Origin: an uncultured Candidatus Saccharibacteria bacterium
GTDB lineage: Bacteria; Patescibacteriota; Minisyncoccia; Phycocordibacterales; UBA9973
Reading direction: 5' to 3'
Assembly (NCBI GenBank): GCA_964354985.1
Contig: CAYHBR010000005.1
Coordinates: 1-52,454 of the forward strand
Length of the DNA: 52,454 bases
The notes under the pieces are model-generated. The model made no database searches. It saw only the letters and a list, made by a program, of their open reading frames with translations, and was not told where the DNA came from. Numbering within the stretch: the first letter of the stretch is position 1; each line of letters opens with the position of its first letter. Shown piece by piece: positions 18,712 to 27,806 of the stretch. A program made the position numbers and the translations under genes.

Positions 18712-19017
18712 TTACTGATAATTTCCTTTTAAAATAATCCTCTGATCAAAACCTCCTCGTTCTTTCTTTTTCTTTTCTCGAATTGTTTCAACCTCTAAAT
18801 ATTCAGGAAGTTGTTTTAATGCTTCAATCACCTCAATAACATCGGCTAACTCCTCAACACTGCCAACTTCTAAAAATTCTTTTGCTTCTTCATTGAGCTT
18901 TTTTATTAATTCAATTTTGTATTCTTCTGGAGTCGCAACCCGCTTTTCATAAATAACATTTTTTGCATCAAGAATTTCTGGGATTTTGTCTCGAACTAAT
19001 TTGTTATAATTTTCCAT
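18712..19017 (-). CDS. MazG-like nucleoside triphosphate pyrophosphohydrolase
   Basis: YNKLVRDKIPEI, KLNEEAKEF, EELADVIEV, KKERGGF (all-alpha NTP-PPase pattern). Confidence 0.88.
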   Translation of the reverse strand: MENYNKLVRDKIPEILDAKNVIYEKRVATPEEYKIELIKKLNEEAKEFLEVGSVEELADVIEVIEALKQLPEYLEVETIREKKKKERGGFDQRIILKGNYQ

Positions 19018-19021
19018 AATA

Positions 19022-20083
19022 TTATTTATTAACTATACCTGACTTTATAACATGCTCAACCAGTGTATGCGTATACCCCATCTCATTGTCATACCATGCC
19101 ATAACTTTGACCAAATTACCACCGACGACGCGTGTCATAGCTAGGTCAGCGATAGATGCATAAGCAGAACCGAGAATATCACTTGAAACAAGTGGCTCGT
19201 CAGTAACAGTGAAAATACCCTGCCAATGTTCGTCCGCCGCCGCTTGCTTTAAAATTTCATTTACTTCTTCGGCTGTTGTCTCACGCTTTGCGATAAATGT
19301 AACATCAACAATAGAGCCGGCAGGGACAGGTACACGAATAGAGATGCCGTCGAAAAGTCCCTCAAGTACAGGGAAAGCTTTGGCAACAGCAATAGCAGCC
19401 CCAGTTGAGCTTGGCACAATGTTTTGCGCCGCAGCGCGACCTTCGCGAAGGTCTTTCTTTGAAGGCCCGTCAACTAGCGCCTGCGAAGCGGTATATCCGT
19501 GCACGGTATTTAAAATTGCTTTCTCGATACCAATAGCTTCGTGAAGAATAGCAATAAGTGGACTCGCAGCGTTTGTCGTACAAGACGCGTTTGAGGTAAT
19601 TGGGCAAGTGCCGAATTTTTCTTCGTTTACTCCTATTAAAATAGTCGGTGTCTGGATCGCCGCACTACCGTCGGCATTTTCGAGTACGTCTTTGGCAGGA
19701 GCAGAAATAACAACATGCTTAGCACCTTGATTGAGATGGAATTTTGATCCTTCGTATGAGGTGAAAAGTCCAGTTGATTCAACGACAACATCAATGTCGA
19801 GCGCAGCCCAAGGCAGTTTCGTTCCGTCTTTTTCAGAAACATAAAGCACTTCTTTGCCGTCGATGTTAAACGAAGTTTTAGTGTGTGAAATATTGTGGTT
19901 CCATTTTCGATAAACAGTGTCGTATTTGAGAAGATATGCAAGGCTTTCTATAGAACCTAGATCGTTGACTGCTACGATTTCTATTTCTGAACGCTCCCAA
20001 GCCAACTTGAGAAATGCCCGACCAATACGACCAAAGCCGTTGATCGCGACGCGAATTTTGTCAGGTGTTGGTTTCATCATCAT
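19022..20083 (-). CDS. gap: glyceraldehyde-3-phosphate dehydrogenase type I
   Basis: INGFGRIGR, SNASCTTN catalytic Cys, PSSTGAA, WYDNEMGY. Confidence 0.98.
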   Translation of the reverse strand: MMMKPTPDKIRVAINGFGRIGRAFLKLAWERSEIEIVAVNDLGSIESLAYLLKYDTVYRKWNHNISHTKTSFNIDGKEVLYVSEKDGTKLPWAALDIDVVVESTGLFTSYEGSKFHLNQGAKHVVISAPAKDVLENADGSAAIQTPTILIGVNEEKFGTCPITSNASCTTNAASPLIAILHEAIGIEKAILNTVHGYTASQALVDGPSKKDLREGRAAAQNIVPSSTGAAIAVAKAFPVLEGLFDGISIRVPVPAGSIVDVTFIAKRETTAEEVNEILKQAAADEHWQGIFTVTDEPLVSSDILGSAYASIADLAMTRVVGGNLVKVMAWYDNEMGYTHTLVEHVIKSGIVNK

Positions 20084-20149
20084 TGTGTTTATTATAGCAG
20101 ATATTTTTTATAATATTTATTTTTTATAAAATTTAAATAGAATTCTGAT

Positions 20150-21703
20150 CTACAAGAGTTCTTTGAGAATTTTCTGAACAAGTTGTGGATTCGCACTGCC
20201 CTTGGTTTCTTTCATTATGATACCGACGAGTGACATAAGCGCGTTTTCTTTGCCAGCTTTATAAGTTGCGACAATATTTGGATTATCTGTAATAATTTTT
20301 GAAGCAATTTCTCTAAGTGCCCCTTCGTCGTTTTTTTGAAGCAAACCTTCTGCTTCTGCAATTTGCATTGGGGATAGAATTGCCAGTTGTGGTATACCGC
20401 TTGTATTTTCTTCATTTGTGTTTCTCACGGTAATTTTTGCCAAAATATCTTTGGCTGCACGCGAAGAAATTTTCCCATCTGTCACCAGTTCAATTAATTC
20501 TGCAAAATGACTAGCGTTTGGCATTTTTGTCTCAGGATTATTTTTCTTAATTCCTATAAAGTCAGTAGTTATGTAATTTGAAGCAATTTTGATTTTATCA
20601 GGTGACTTTAAAATGCCAGAAACTTGTTCAAACCAAGAACCGAGTACAGTATCATTTACATAAACTTCAATATCTTCATCCTTAATGCCAAAATCAGTGC
20701 GATAGCGAGTGCGTTTAGACTCAGGGAGCTCCGGCAATTCGGCTTTCATTTCGCCAGTCATAATTCCGGGAAACATTTCGTGCAGTTTCATTTTTGGTAA
20801 ATCAGGATCTGGAAAATAACGGTAGTCTTGGGCTTCTTCTTTTGATCGCTGGGAAAAAGTCGCTTGTTTGTTTTCGTCCCAACCACGAGTTTCTTGAGTA
20901 ATTTTGTCACCCTCGCCTTTTTCTAAAAGTTCAATCATGCGGGCGGCTTCGTATTTGATAGCACGCTCTGCACTGCGAACAGAGTTCAAGTTTTTAACTT
21001 CAACTTTTGTGCCGTATGCTTTGGGATTATTTTCTGGAGAATCAGTAAGGGCAGCGGCATCTGTCGTAACTGAAATATTGGCTTCGACGCGCATTTCTCC
21101 TTTTTCCATATTGGCTTCAGACGCACCGAGATACCAAAGTACAAGCTGGTATTCCCGAGCAAACTTTGCCGCAGCAGCGCCTGCAAGTTCGGCTGAACTC
21201 ATAGTTGTGGTCGCGCCATTTTCACCAGCAATAGTTGATGCGAATGTATGGGCATCTGTTACAAGCTCCATAAGTGGCACACCAGCGCGATTGAAATCAA
21301 CAAGCGAGAAATCGCCACGGTCGTGTTTCGAATTTGCGGTGTCTTCTTCTAGATGAATACGAGTTAGCGCAAAATCGCCAAGTTTTCCGCCAGAAACTAT
21401 TGGATATTTATACTGTGAAATTTGGTAGCCTTTTGGAATGTCAGGGTAAAAGTAACTCTTGCGGTCAAATTCACTAAAATCGGCAATAGTACCATCTACG
21501 GCAAGTCCGACTCGAATAACCTGTTTGACGGCTTCTTTATTCGCCACAGGCAATGCCCCAGGGTGGGCCATACAAACTGGGCAGATATTTACATTGGGAC
21601 GGGTCTCATCCGGGTCGTTTTTGCAAGCGCAAAACATCTTGGTTTTAGTCTTAAGCTCGGCGTGAACTTCAAGACCAATAGTCACATAGTAGTTATTCGG
21701 CAT
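20150..21703 (-). CDS. gatB: Asp-tRNA(Asn)/Glu-tRNA(Gln) amidotransferase subunit B
   Basis: IGLEVHAEL, FDRKSYFYPDIPKGYQISQ, HLEED, DFNRAGVPLME, YRYFPDPDL. Start at ATG 21703, 6 nt after TATACT. Confidence 0.98.
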   Translation of the reverse strand: MPNNYYVTIGLEVHAELKTKTKMFCACKNDPDETRPNVNICPVCMAHPGALPVANKEAVKQVIRVGLAVDGTIADFSEFDRKSYFYPDIPKGYQISQYKYPIVSGGKLGDFALTRIHLEEDTANSKHDRGDFSLVDFNRAGVPLMELVTDAHTFASTIAGENGATTTMSSAELAGAAAAKFAREYQLVLWYLGASEANMEKGEMRVEANISVTTDAAALTDSPENNPKAYGTKVEVKNLNSVRSAERAIKYEAARMIELLEKGEGDKITQETRGWDENKQATFSQRSKEEAQDYRYFPDPDLPKMKLHEMFPGIMTGEMKAELPELPESKRTRYRTDFGIKDEDIEVYVNDTVLGSWFEQVSGILKSPDKIKIASNYITTDFIGIKKNNPETKMPNASHFAELIELVTDGKISSRAAKDILAKITVRNTNEENTSGIPQLAILSPMQIAEAEGLLQKNDEGALREIASKIITDNPNIVATYKAGKENALMSLVGIIMKETKGSANPQLVQKILKELL

Positions 21704-21825
21704 GGGACAAGTATACCTATTAAACCAAAAGATTTCCACTTTTAATAATTAGATATATGTAAATATAATTGTTACGATTAAATTAATAATTCTTCATAAA
21801 TTTAACATAATCTAAACTAAATAGC

Positions 21826-22296
21826 ATGTTAGCAAACAAAACCAAGCCCTCGGGTATATTTCTCTTTTTATCTACAAAAGGAGAATTACTAAAAACCCCA
21901 TCAAATGATGACTACCAATTTATCATTACTGTTGATGTTCTCAGTCGTTTTCTAAAATCAAGCGAGTATAAGTCTGATGAATATTTAGCAAATTCTTTTG
22001 TAGTTGCTCGTGATGCCATTGTAGTTTGTATTTCTGTTTCAGAAAAGCTAAAGGATCTCCATCTTGATGAATTTATCTACAAGAGTTGGATTATTTCCTC
22101 AGGGAGTATTCCTGGAGTTGAACTACCGGAGGATTACTGCAGTGAGAGGTATCTTGGTGAAATTATTGTTAAGGAATATTTCAGCAAGCTAAAAGACAAG
22201 CTATTTTACAGAAATTCTACAAAGGAAATTATTGACGACTTGCATTTGATTAAAAAACTAATCAAAGACAGTATAGGCAACTATGCAGCAGATTAA
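21826..22296 (+). CDS. hypothetical protein
   Basis: 156-aa AT-rich ORF on the strand opposite its neighbours, followed by a bidirectional terminator. Confidence 0.65.
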   Translation: MLANKTKPSGIFLFLSTKGELLKTPSNDDYQFIITVDVLSRFLKSSEYKSDEYLANSFVVARDAIVVCISVSEKLKDLHLDEFIYKSWIISSGSIPGVELPEDYCSERYLGEIIVKEYFSKLKDKLFYRNSTKEIIDDLHLIKKLIKDSIGNYAAD

Positions 22297-22312
22297 TTTT
22301 TAAAAACCTAGC

Positions 22313-22343
22313 AAAAAACCCCGCATCAGATGCGGGGTTTTTT
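22313..22343. terminator. bidirectional intrinsic terminator
   Basis: AAAAAACCCCGCATC-A-GATGCGGGGTTTTTT between convergent genes. Confidence 0.88.
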
Positions 22344-22352
22344 AAATAAGGT

Positions 22353-22766
22353 TTAGCGCTTACTCCACTGTGGAGCCTTTCGAGCCTTTTTGAGACCGAA
22401 TTTACGGCGTTCTTTGGCACGAGGGTCTCTCTTTAGGAAACCGAGCTTCTTGAGCTCACCACGAAGTTCTGCGTCTATTTCAACTAGTGCACGAGCAATA
22501 CCGTGTCTGACAGCTTCCGCTTGGGAGTGAATACCGCCACCAATAACATGAGCTGAAACTTCGTAATGCTCTTCGCTCTTTATACCTGCGAATGCATCGT
22601 GTATAACATGCTTGAGTTCTGCTGTAGGAAAATATTCATGGCCTTCTTTGTCATTTATAAGAAAAGTATTTTTTGAAGCTGGTGTAAGTCGAACACGAGC
22701 AGTTGCTGTTTTTCGGCGACCAACTGTTTCCGTGTATTTTTTAGTTTTTGTTTTGGTTTCTGACAT
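22353..22766 (-). CDS. rpsI: 30S ribosomal protein S9
   Basis: VGRRKTATARV, GGGIHSQAEAVRHGIARAL, KARKAPQWSKR. Confidence 0.99.
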   Translation of the reverse strand: MSETKTKTKKYTETVGRRKTATARVRLTPASKNTFLINDKEGHEYFPTAELKHVIHDAFAGIKSEEHYEVSAHVIGGGIHSQAEAVRHGIARALVEIDAELRGELKKLGFLKRDPRAKERRKFGLKKARKAPQWSKR

Positions 22767-22767
22767 A

Positions 22768-23112
22768 TTATTCTGTAACTACCAAGTGTTTTAGGATTTC
22801 TTTCTTGAGCTTGTTGTTTGGGATCATTCCACCAACTGCTCGCTCGATGATATCTCTTACTCCTTTCTTTGCAATAACATCGTTCATTTTTTCTTCGGTA
22901 AATCCTCCTGGATAACCACTGTAGCGAGTGTATGTAGTCTCTTCCTGCTTTTTTTCACTTACAACTGCTTTTCCTGCGTTTACGATTCGAACTCGATTTG
23001 ATGATGCAATATTCTTTTCAAAAGTTGGGCTATTTTTACCCATAAGAATATGCGCCGCTTCAGTAGCGATTCGTCCAACCATTTTTCCTTGTGCGTCAAT
23101 TGTAAATTCCAT
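22768..23112 (-). CDS. rplM: 50S ribosomal protein L13 (short C-terminus)
   Basis: IDAQGKMVGRIAT, GKNSPTF, YSGYPGG, AVGGMIP. ATG at 23112; a TTG start at 23136 is possible. Confidence 0.96.
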   Translation of the reverse strand: MEFTIDAQGKMVGRIATEAAHILMGKNSPTFEKNIASSNRVRIVNAGKAVVSEKKQEETTYTRYSGYPGGFTEEKMNDVIAKKGVRDIIERAVGGMIPNNKLKKEILKHLVVTE

Positions 23113-23162
23113 TTTGTTGTTCTTATCTTTTACCAAATAATCTGTCTTAAGTCAACCGTTCC

Positions 23163-23516
23163 TTACACAAACTCGATTACTGCCATCTTGGCACTATCTG
23201 AGATACGAGGTGGCAACTTTGTAATTCGCAGATACCCACCAGCTCGGCCGACATATTTTGGTGCAATTTCTTCGAATAGTTTCTTTGTAATTGTTTTCTT
23301 TCCCATTAGTCTGTCGGAAACCAAGCGTCTCTTGGCAAGTGTGTCAGTCTTTGCGTGAGTAACGAGCTTTTCAACATATGGTCGTATTTCCTTTGCTTTA
23401 GCCTCAGTCGTCATTATGCGACCCTTGTTCAGCAAGTTAAAAGCCAGGCCGTGCAAAAGTGCAGCGCGTCCTTTTCTTTCTAGTCCAAATTTTCTCTTGT
23501 TGTCGTGGTGTCTCAT
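23163..23516 (-). CDS. rplQ: 50S ribosomal protein L17
   Basis: MRH...TTEAKAKE...RAGGYLRITK...DSAKMAVIEFV. Confidence 0.99.
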   Translation of the reverse strand: MRHHDNKRKFGLERKGRAALLHGLAFNLLNKGRIMTTEAKAKEIRPYVEKLVTHAKTDTLAKRRLVSDRLMGKKTITKKLFEEIAPKYVGRAGGYLRITKLPPRISDSAKMAVIEFV

Positions 23517-23540
23517 AAAAGTTCTGATTAATCTGATTAA

Positions 23541-24521
23541 TTATTCTTTAAGTGTGATATTGAAATTGCTAAGAGCCTTCTTGATTTCCTGTATTCCCTT
23601 TTCGCCGATTCCTTCGATATCGAGCAAGTCCTCCTTTCGCTTTCTGGCAATTCCGCCAACTGTACGGATGTTTGCTGTCTGGAGAGCGTTTAGAGTGCGT
23701 GTTGAGATGTCTAGGGTGTCAATGCGAGTCTTTAGAGTCTCTGCTATTTCTTCACTGCCTTCCTCACTTGAGTCATCTTCATCTTTTGATGCCTCAGCGA
23801 CAACTATTTCAGGTTCATCTTCTTTGATTTCAGCAATAGACTTAAGCTGACTGATCATTGTTTTTATTGAAGAAAGTAATGCTTCTCGTGGTGAGATAGA
23901 ACCGTCAGTTTCAATAGAAATGCGAAGACGATTGAAGTTTGTTCTGTCACCAACACGCATATCTGAGACTTCGTAAGAAACACGACGGATTGGTGAAAAT
24001 GTTGCATCAAGTGCAATAGTTCCTATATCCATCTTGTCTTTATGAAGATCTTCCTTTGAAACAAAGCCGAGTCCACGGGAAATACCGAGCTCAATGTTGA
24101 GCTTAGCACTTTTATCAGTTAATTCACAAATATACTGCTCTGGATTTAAAATTTCAACCTGACCACTTACTTGTATATTAGCGCCAGTAATAACACCAAC
24201 ACCTTTTGTAGAAATACTAACTATTTGAGGCTCATCTGTTGTGAGCTTAAAACGTACGAGCTTCAAATGAAGCAAAATAGTGATAACGTCCTCTTTGACG
24301 CCATCTAATGTAGAAAACTCGTGGCTTGCGCCATCGATTTTTACTGTCGTAACTGCTGCACCTGGGAGAGATGAAAGAATTATCCGGCGGAGACTGGAGC
24401 CAAGTGTCTGGCCATAACCAGGATTGAGGGCATCTATTTCAAAGATACCTGTCATCCCTTCTTCTTTTACTACTTTCGGCTTCGATGGAAGCACGATATG
24501 CATATCCGACATGTGTTGCAT
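23541..24521 (-). CDS. rpoA: DNA-directed RNA polymerase subunit alpha
   Basis: PGYGQTLGSSLRRIILSSLPGAAV, HEFSTLDGVKED, DATFSPIRRV, and an alphaCTD. Confidence 0.99.
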   Translation of the reverse strand: MQHMSDMHIVLPSKPKVVKEEGMTGIFEIDALNPGYGQTLGSSLRRIILSSLPGAAVTTVKIDGASHEFSTLDGVKEDVITILLHLKLVRFKLTTDEPQIVSISTKGVGVITGANIQVSGQVEILNPEQYICELTDKSAKLNIELGISRGLGFVSKEDLHKDKMDIGTIALDATFSPIRRVSYEVSDMRVGDRTNFNRLRISIETDGSISPREALLSSIKTMISQLKSIAEIKEDEPEIVVAEASKDEDDSSEEGSEEIAETLKTRIDTLDISTRTLNALQTANIRTVGGIARKRKEDLLDIEGIGEKGIQEIKKALSNFNITLKE

Positions 24522-24569
24522 TATAAAAAATTAATAAATTTCGACTACTACTATTGGTAACAAAATTAT

Positions 24570-25175
24570 TTAACGACTGTAAAACTCAATCACAGCGTTA
24601 AAGTCGAGGTATGATTCTGGGTCTTTCGGAAGGCCCTTCACTTCGGCGGTTGCTTTACTGACATCAAATGAAAGCCATTTTGGTGCAGTGTAATTTTTAA
24701 GCTTTGCTTCTAAATCTCGGAAAAGGCCTTTTGCTCGTGAACCCTCTCTGATTGCGATAATATCTCCGACAGAGACATTGTAAGAAGGGACAGTCACGCG
24801 CTTGCCATTTACTGTAAGATGTCCATGGGCAACCATCTGGCGAGCAAGTGGTCGACTGTTTGTTAGTCCAAGACGATAAGCGACATTGTCTAGGCGACGC
24901 TCGAGTGATTCTGAAAGTTTGCCTGTTGGTGAACCTTTCTTTGTGTCAATTGCCTTTTTAACGTAATTGTAGAATTGCTTTTCTGTCACACCGTATGACA
25001 TACGCATTTTTTGTTTCTCAAGAAGCTGAATAGCGTAAGTCGTAGCAGCTTTTCCACCACGCTTACTTTTTCCACCCTTTTTTACGTCACGCAAAACAAA
25101 CTTAGGAGTTTGACATTTTTCAAACACCTGAGCTCCCAAACGACGACAAATTTTATATCTTGGACCAATTTTCAT
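24570..25175 (-). CDS. rpsD: 30S ribosomal protein S4
   Basis: QLLEKQK, LERRLDNVAYRLG, ARQMVAHGH, VIEFYSR. Confidence 0.99.
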   Translation of the reverse strand: MKIGPRYKICRRLGAQVFEKCQTPKFVLRDVKKGGKSKRGGKAATTYAIQLLEKQKMRMSYGVTEKQFYNYVKKAIDTKKGSPTGKLSESLERRLDNVAYRLGLTNSRPLARQMVAHGHLTVNGKRVTVPSYNVSVGDIIAIREGSRAKGLFRDLEAKLKNYTAPKWLSFDVSKATAEVKGLPKDPESYLDFNAVIEFYSR

Positions 25176-25198
25176 AAATATATTTTCGTATTAAAATT

Positions 25199-25639
25199 TT
25201 ATACTCGGCGAGGTTTCTTTTGCTTTGGACCATTGTGCGGTACTGGTGTCGCATCCTTGATCTCGGTAATTTCCATACCGTGAGCCATAAATGCACGCAC
25301 TGTTGGTTCGCGACCTGAACCTACGCCAACGATAATAACATCTGCTTCTTTGATACCAAGAGTCTGTGCTTTTTCACCTATAACATCTCCAACTTTTGAA
25401 GCAGCAAAAGGAGTTCCTTTCTTGGCGCCCTTGAAACCTAGGCTTCCGGCTGATGACCAAAAGAGAGCATTTCCCTGTTTGTCTGAAAAAACAACCTTTG
25501 TATTATTGAAAGTAGCCTCAACGTGGAGAGTTCCAGCGATGATTTTTTTCTTTGGAGCCTTTAAAGAAGCGCGAGCTGAGCTTTCAGCGACAACACTTCC
25601 TTCGACTCCTTCAGTTGTAATAATGCGTTTTTTTCCCAT
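25199..25639 (-). CDS. rpsK: 30S ribosomal protein S11
   Basis: ATFNNT, GFKGAKKGTPFAA, DATPVPHNG. Confidence 0.99.
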   Translation of the reverse strand: MGKKRIITTEGVEGSVVAESSARASLKAPKKKIIAGTLHVEATFNNTKVVFSDKQGNALFWSSAGSLGFKGAKKGTPFAASKVGDVIGEKAQTLGIKEADVIIVGVGSGREPTVRAFMAHGMEITEIKDATPVPHNGPKQKKPRRV

Positions 25640-25646
25640 ATAATTA

Positions 25647-26027
25647 TTAGGTCTTTGATTCTTTTCTTCGTCCTGAAGCCATTGTCTTTCTTACGTTTCC
25701 TCGGACAGTTCGAGAGTTCGTCTTTGTTCTTTGTCCTCGTACTGGTAGGCGCTTCATATGACGAGTTCCGCGGTGAGATTTGATATCTTTAAGGCGTTTG
25801 ATGTTTGCTGAGACTTCGCGCTTGAGGTTTCCCTCGATTTTACCTTCTTCTACTATTTTGCGGATCTTGTTTTCGTCTGCTTCTGGAAGGTCTTTAGCCT
25901 TTGTGCCACGGTCAATACCTAGATCATCTAGGATCTTTCGTGCGCGGGAAATACCGACACCGTAAATAGCGGTTAAGGAGATTTCTAGTCTTTTTTCATC
26001 TGGAATTGTTATGCCGGCGATACGCAT
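25647..26027 (-). CDS. rpsM: 30S ribosomal protein S13
   Basis: MRIAGI, LTAIYGVG, LPVRGQRTKTNSRT. Confidence 0.99.
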   Translation of the reverse strand: MRIAGITIPDEKRLEISLTAIYGVGISRARKILDDLGIDRGTKAKDLPEADENKIRKIVEEGKIEGNLKREVSANIKRLKDIKSHRGTRHMKRLPVRGQRTKTNSRTVRGNVRKTMASGRRKESKT

Positions 26028-26032
26028 GAGAA

Positions 26033-26143
26033 TTATTGTTTTTGTTTATGCTTCGGGTTGTCGCAAATAACTCGCAAGTGTCCCTTTCTGCGGACAATCT
26101 TGCACTTTGCGCATATTTTTTTCACCGATGCTTTTACTTTCAT
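26033..26143 (-). CDS. rpmJ: 50S ribosomal protein L36
   Basis: Below the ORF-track cutoff. Manual translation: [36 protein letters not shown]. Confidence 0.98.
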   Translation of the reverse strand: MKVKASVKKICAKCKIVRRKGHLRVICDNPKHKQKQ

Positions 26144-26215
26144 ATAAAAAACGCGAGATAGAGGATTTTGGCCTGTAAAACAGAACACAAAAGCACCCAA
26201 CTAATGCGTTACGCT

Positions 26216-26244
26216 ATAGTAGCAAGAATAGCTAAATAGCGCAA
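26216..26244 (-). promoter_or_regulatory. promoter of the rpmJ-alpha operon
   Basis: TTGCGC-17 nt-TACTAT with extended -10 TG. Confidence 0.6.
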
Positions 26245-26263
26245 GCTTTTTTAGTGAATTGTC

Positions 26264-26485
26264 TTATAATCGTCTGGTTATTCTACCTCTTCCGCCGTAT
26301 GGATCAAGTAATACCTCCACTTTATCACCCACAAGTACCTTGATTCGGTGCATTCTCATCTTGCCTGCCAGGTAAGCAATGATATTTTTCCCGTCTGCCA
26401 TTTCTACTCTAAACATCGTATTCGGCAAAGCTTCCGTTATAATACCAGGTGTCTTGTCATTTTGAGTTGTTTTTGTTTCTTCCAT
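26264..26485 (-). CDS. infA: translation initiation factor IF-1
   Basis: EALPNTMFRVE, YLAGKMRMHRIKVLVGDKV, GRITRR. Confidence 0.98.
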   Translation of the reverse strand: MEETKTTQNDKTPGIITEALPNTMFRVEMADGKNIIAYLAGKMRMHRIKVLVGDKVEVLLDPYGGRGRITRRL

Positions 26486-26511
26486 TACGTAAGAGAATTC
26501 TATATTGCAAT

Positions 26512-27795
26512 CTAGCTTTGGTCAACAACAATTAACTTTACAGATTTTTCCTTGCTAGGTAATTTCATACTCCAAGGTGGGAACATATCTACTGTTACGT
26601 TTTCAATACTTTCAAACGAAGACAGGCTGGTTGCAATATTTTTCTTTTTTGCGCCCAGTAATTTCTTTAAAATTTCTGACTTTGGAATCTGCCAGACAAC
26701 TTTTGCTTGTCCTGAAACAGAGAAAGAAATATTTGAAGTTGTGTCTGATATCGTCTCTTTATTTTTTAAATCAATGGTTAGAGACGAGATTTTTGGAATA
26801 AAAATATCAGCACCATCATATTGACCAATTGAGGTTTCGGCGATCTTTTTAGAAAACTCGGCTTCGTTAAATAAAATGCCGTACATTGAGCCTTTTACTA
26901 TCATTACATTTTTACCAGAAACAGTTTGTCCAGAATCAGAATCTTCTCGGATAACATAGGAACCGGTTAGTAAAACTGATGACTCTGGCAAGCTTGCTTT
27001 TGCTTCGGCTACAAGCTTATCTCGTAATATCCCAAGGGCTGCTTCGTGGGCTACTCTAGCGTCGGCCTCAGAAAGAGCGATTCCTTGTCCTGAAGCTCCA
27101 CCAGACATAATGGTTTTTGAACGGGCATACATCTTGTCATATTTAGGTGTTCCCTTGAAACCGAGAATATTGAAGTCAGACAAGGCGATATTGTATGTAG
27201 AACCTGGTTGGTCTGCGTGAACGGATGCTTCTATTTGACCAGGGGTTACTTTTCCTCCGACTATTTTTGTACCTGGGACAGTTAGGGCTGTGTCTGTTTT
27301 AAAAATTTTACCATCAGTTGTATTTAAACGGGTTTCAATCGCCAATTTCTGAGGAGCTGTGCTGAAGTTGTTATAAATGACAACTTTGCCAGTAGCTTTT
27401 GTGAGAACAGTGGTTGGGGTGCCGCCAGTTACAACTTTTTCAGAACTTCCTGATATTTTTATAATTTTGAAAGAAATTGTTTTAGAATCACCTGCCAAAC
27501 TTGCACTAAAGTCTGTTTTATCTAAACTTACGTCTTCACTTTTAGGTGTAATAGTAATGCTTGCTGAAGAAAATATATTCATTACAACAACTGTGCCGAT
27601 AACTATTACCAAAGCGGCAATTGTCCAGATTAATTTCCTAGGTTTTTGATGATAATCGGAAGAAAAATTTTTTTCTCTAAAGCGAGGCGGAAGCTGAACT
27701 GTTCTTGTTGATTCAAGTAAAGGTTCACTGTCAATTCGCTCACGCTTTTCGGCGTGGCCTGCTGGACGAATATCATTTAAAAAATTTTTTGCCAT
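26512..27795 (-). CDS. single-pass membrane protein with a baseplate-J/gp47-like extracellular segment
   Basis: One TM helix (LIWTIAALVIVIGTVVVM), then KATGKVVIYN...TRL...DGKIFKT...VPG...VHADQPGSTYNI...SGG, which resembles the baseplate-J beta segment. The family call is tentative. Confidence 0.7.
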   Translation of the reverse strand: MAKNFLNDIRPAGHAEKRERIDSEPLLESTRTVQLPPRFREKNFSSDYHQKPRKLIWTIAALVIVIGTVVVMNIFSSASITITPKSEDVSLDKTDFSASLAGDSKTISFKIIKISGSSEKVVTGGTPTTVLTKATGKVVIYNNFSTAPQKLAIETRLNTTDGKIFKTDTALTVPGTKIVGGKVTPGQIEASVHADQPGSTYNIALSDFNILGFKGTPKYDKMYARSKTIMSGGASGQGIALSEADARVAHEAALGILRDKLVAEAKASLPESSVLLTGSYVIREDSDSGQTVSGKNVMIVKGSMYGILFNEAEFSKKIAETSIGQYDGADIFIPKISSLTIDLKNKETISDTTSNISFSVSGQAKVVWQIPKSEILKKLLGAKKKNIATSLSSFESIENVTVDMFPPWSMKLPSKEKSVKLIVVDQS

Positions 27796-27806
27796 ATTAA
27801 TATTTA

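Noticed and set aside
26512-27795. Prophage or contractile tail locus suggested by the baseplate-J-like segment
   Set aside because: There are no sheath, tube, capsid, terminase or integrase genes, and the protein is membrane-anchored among core genes.
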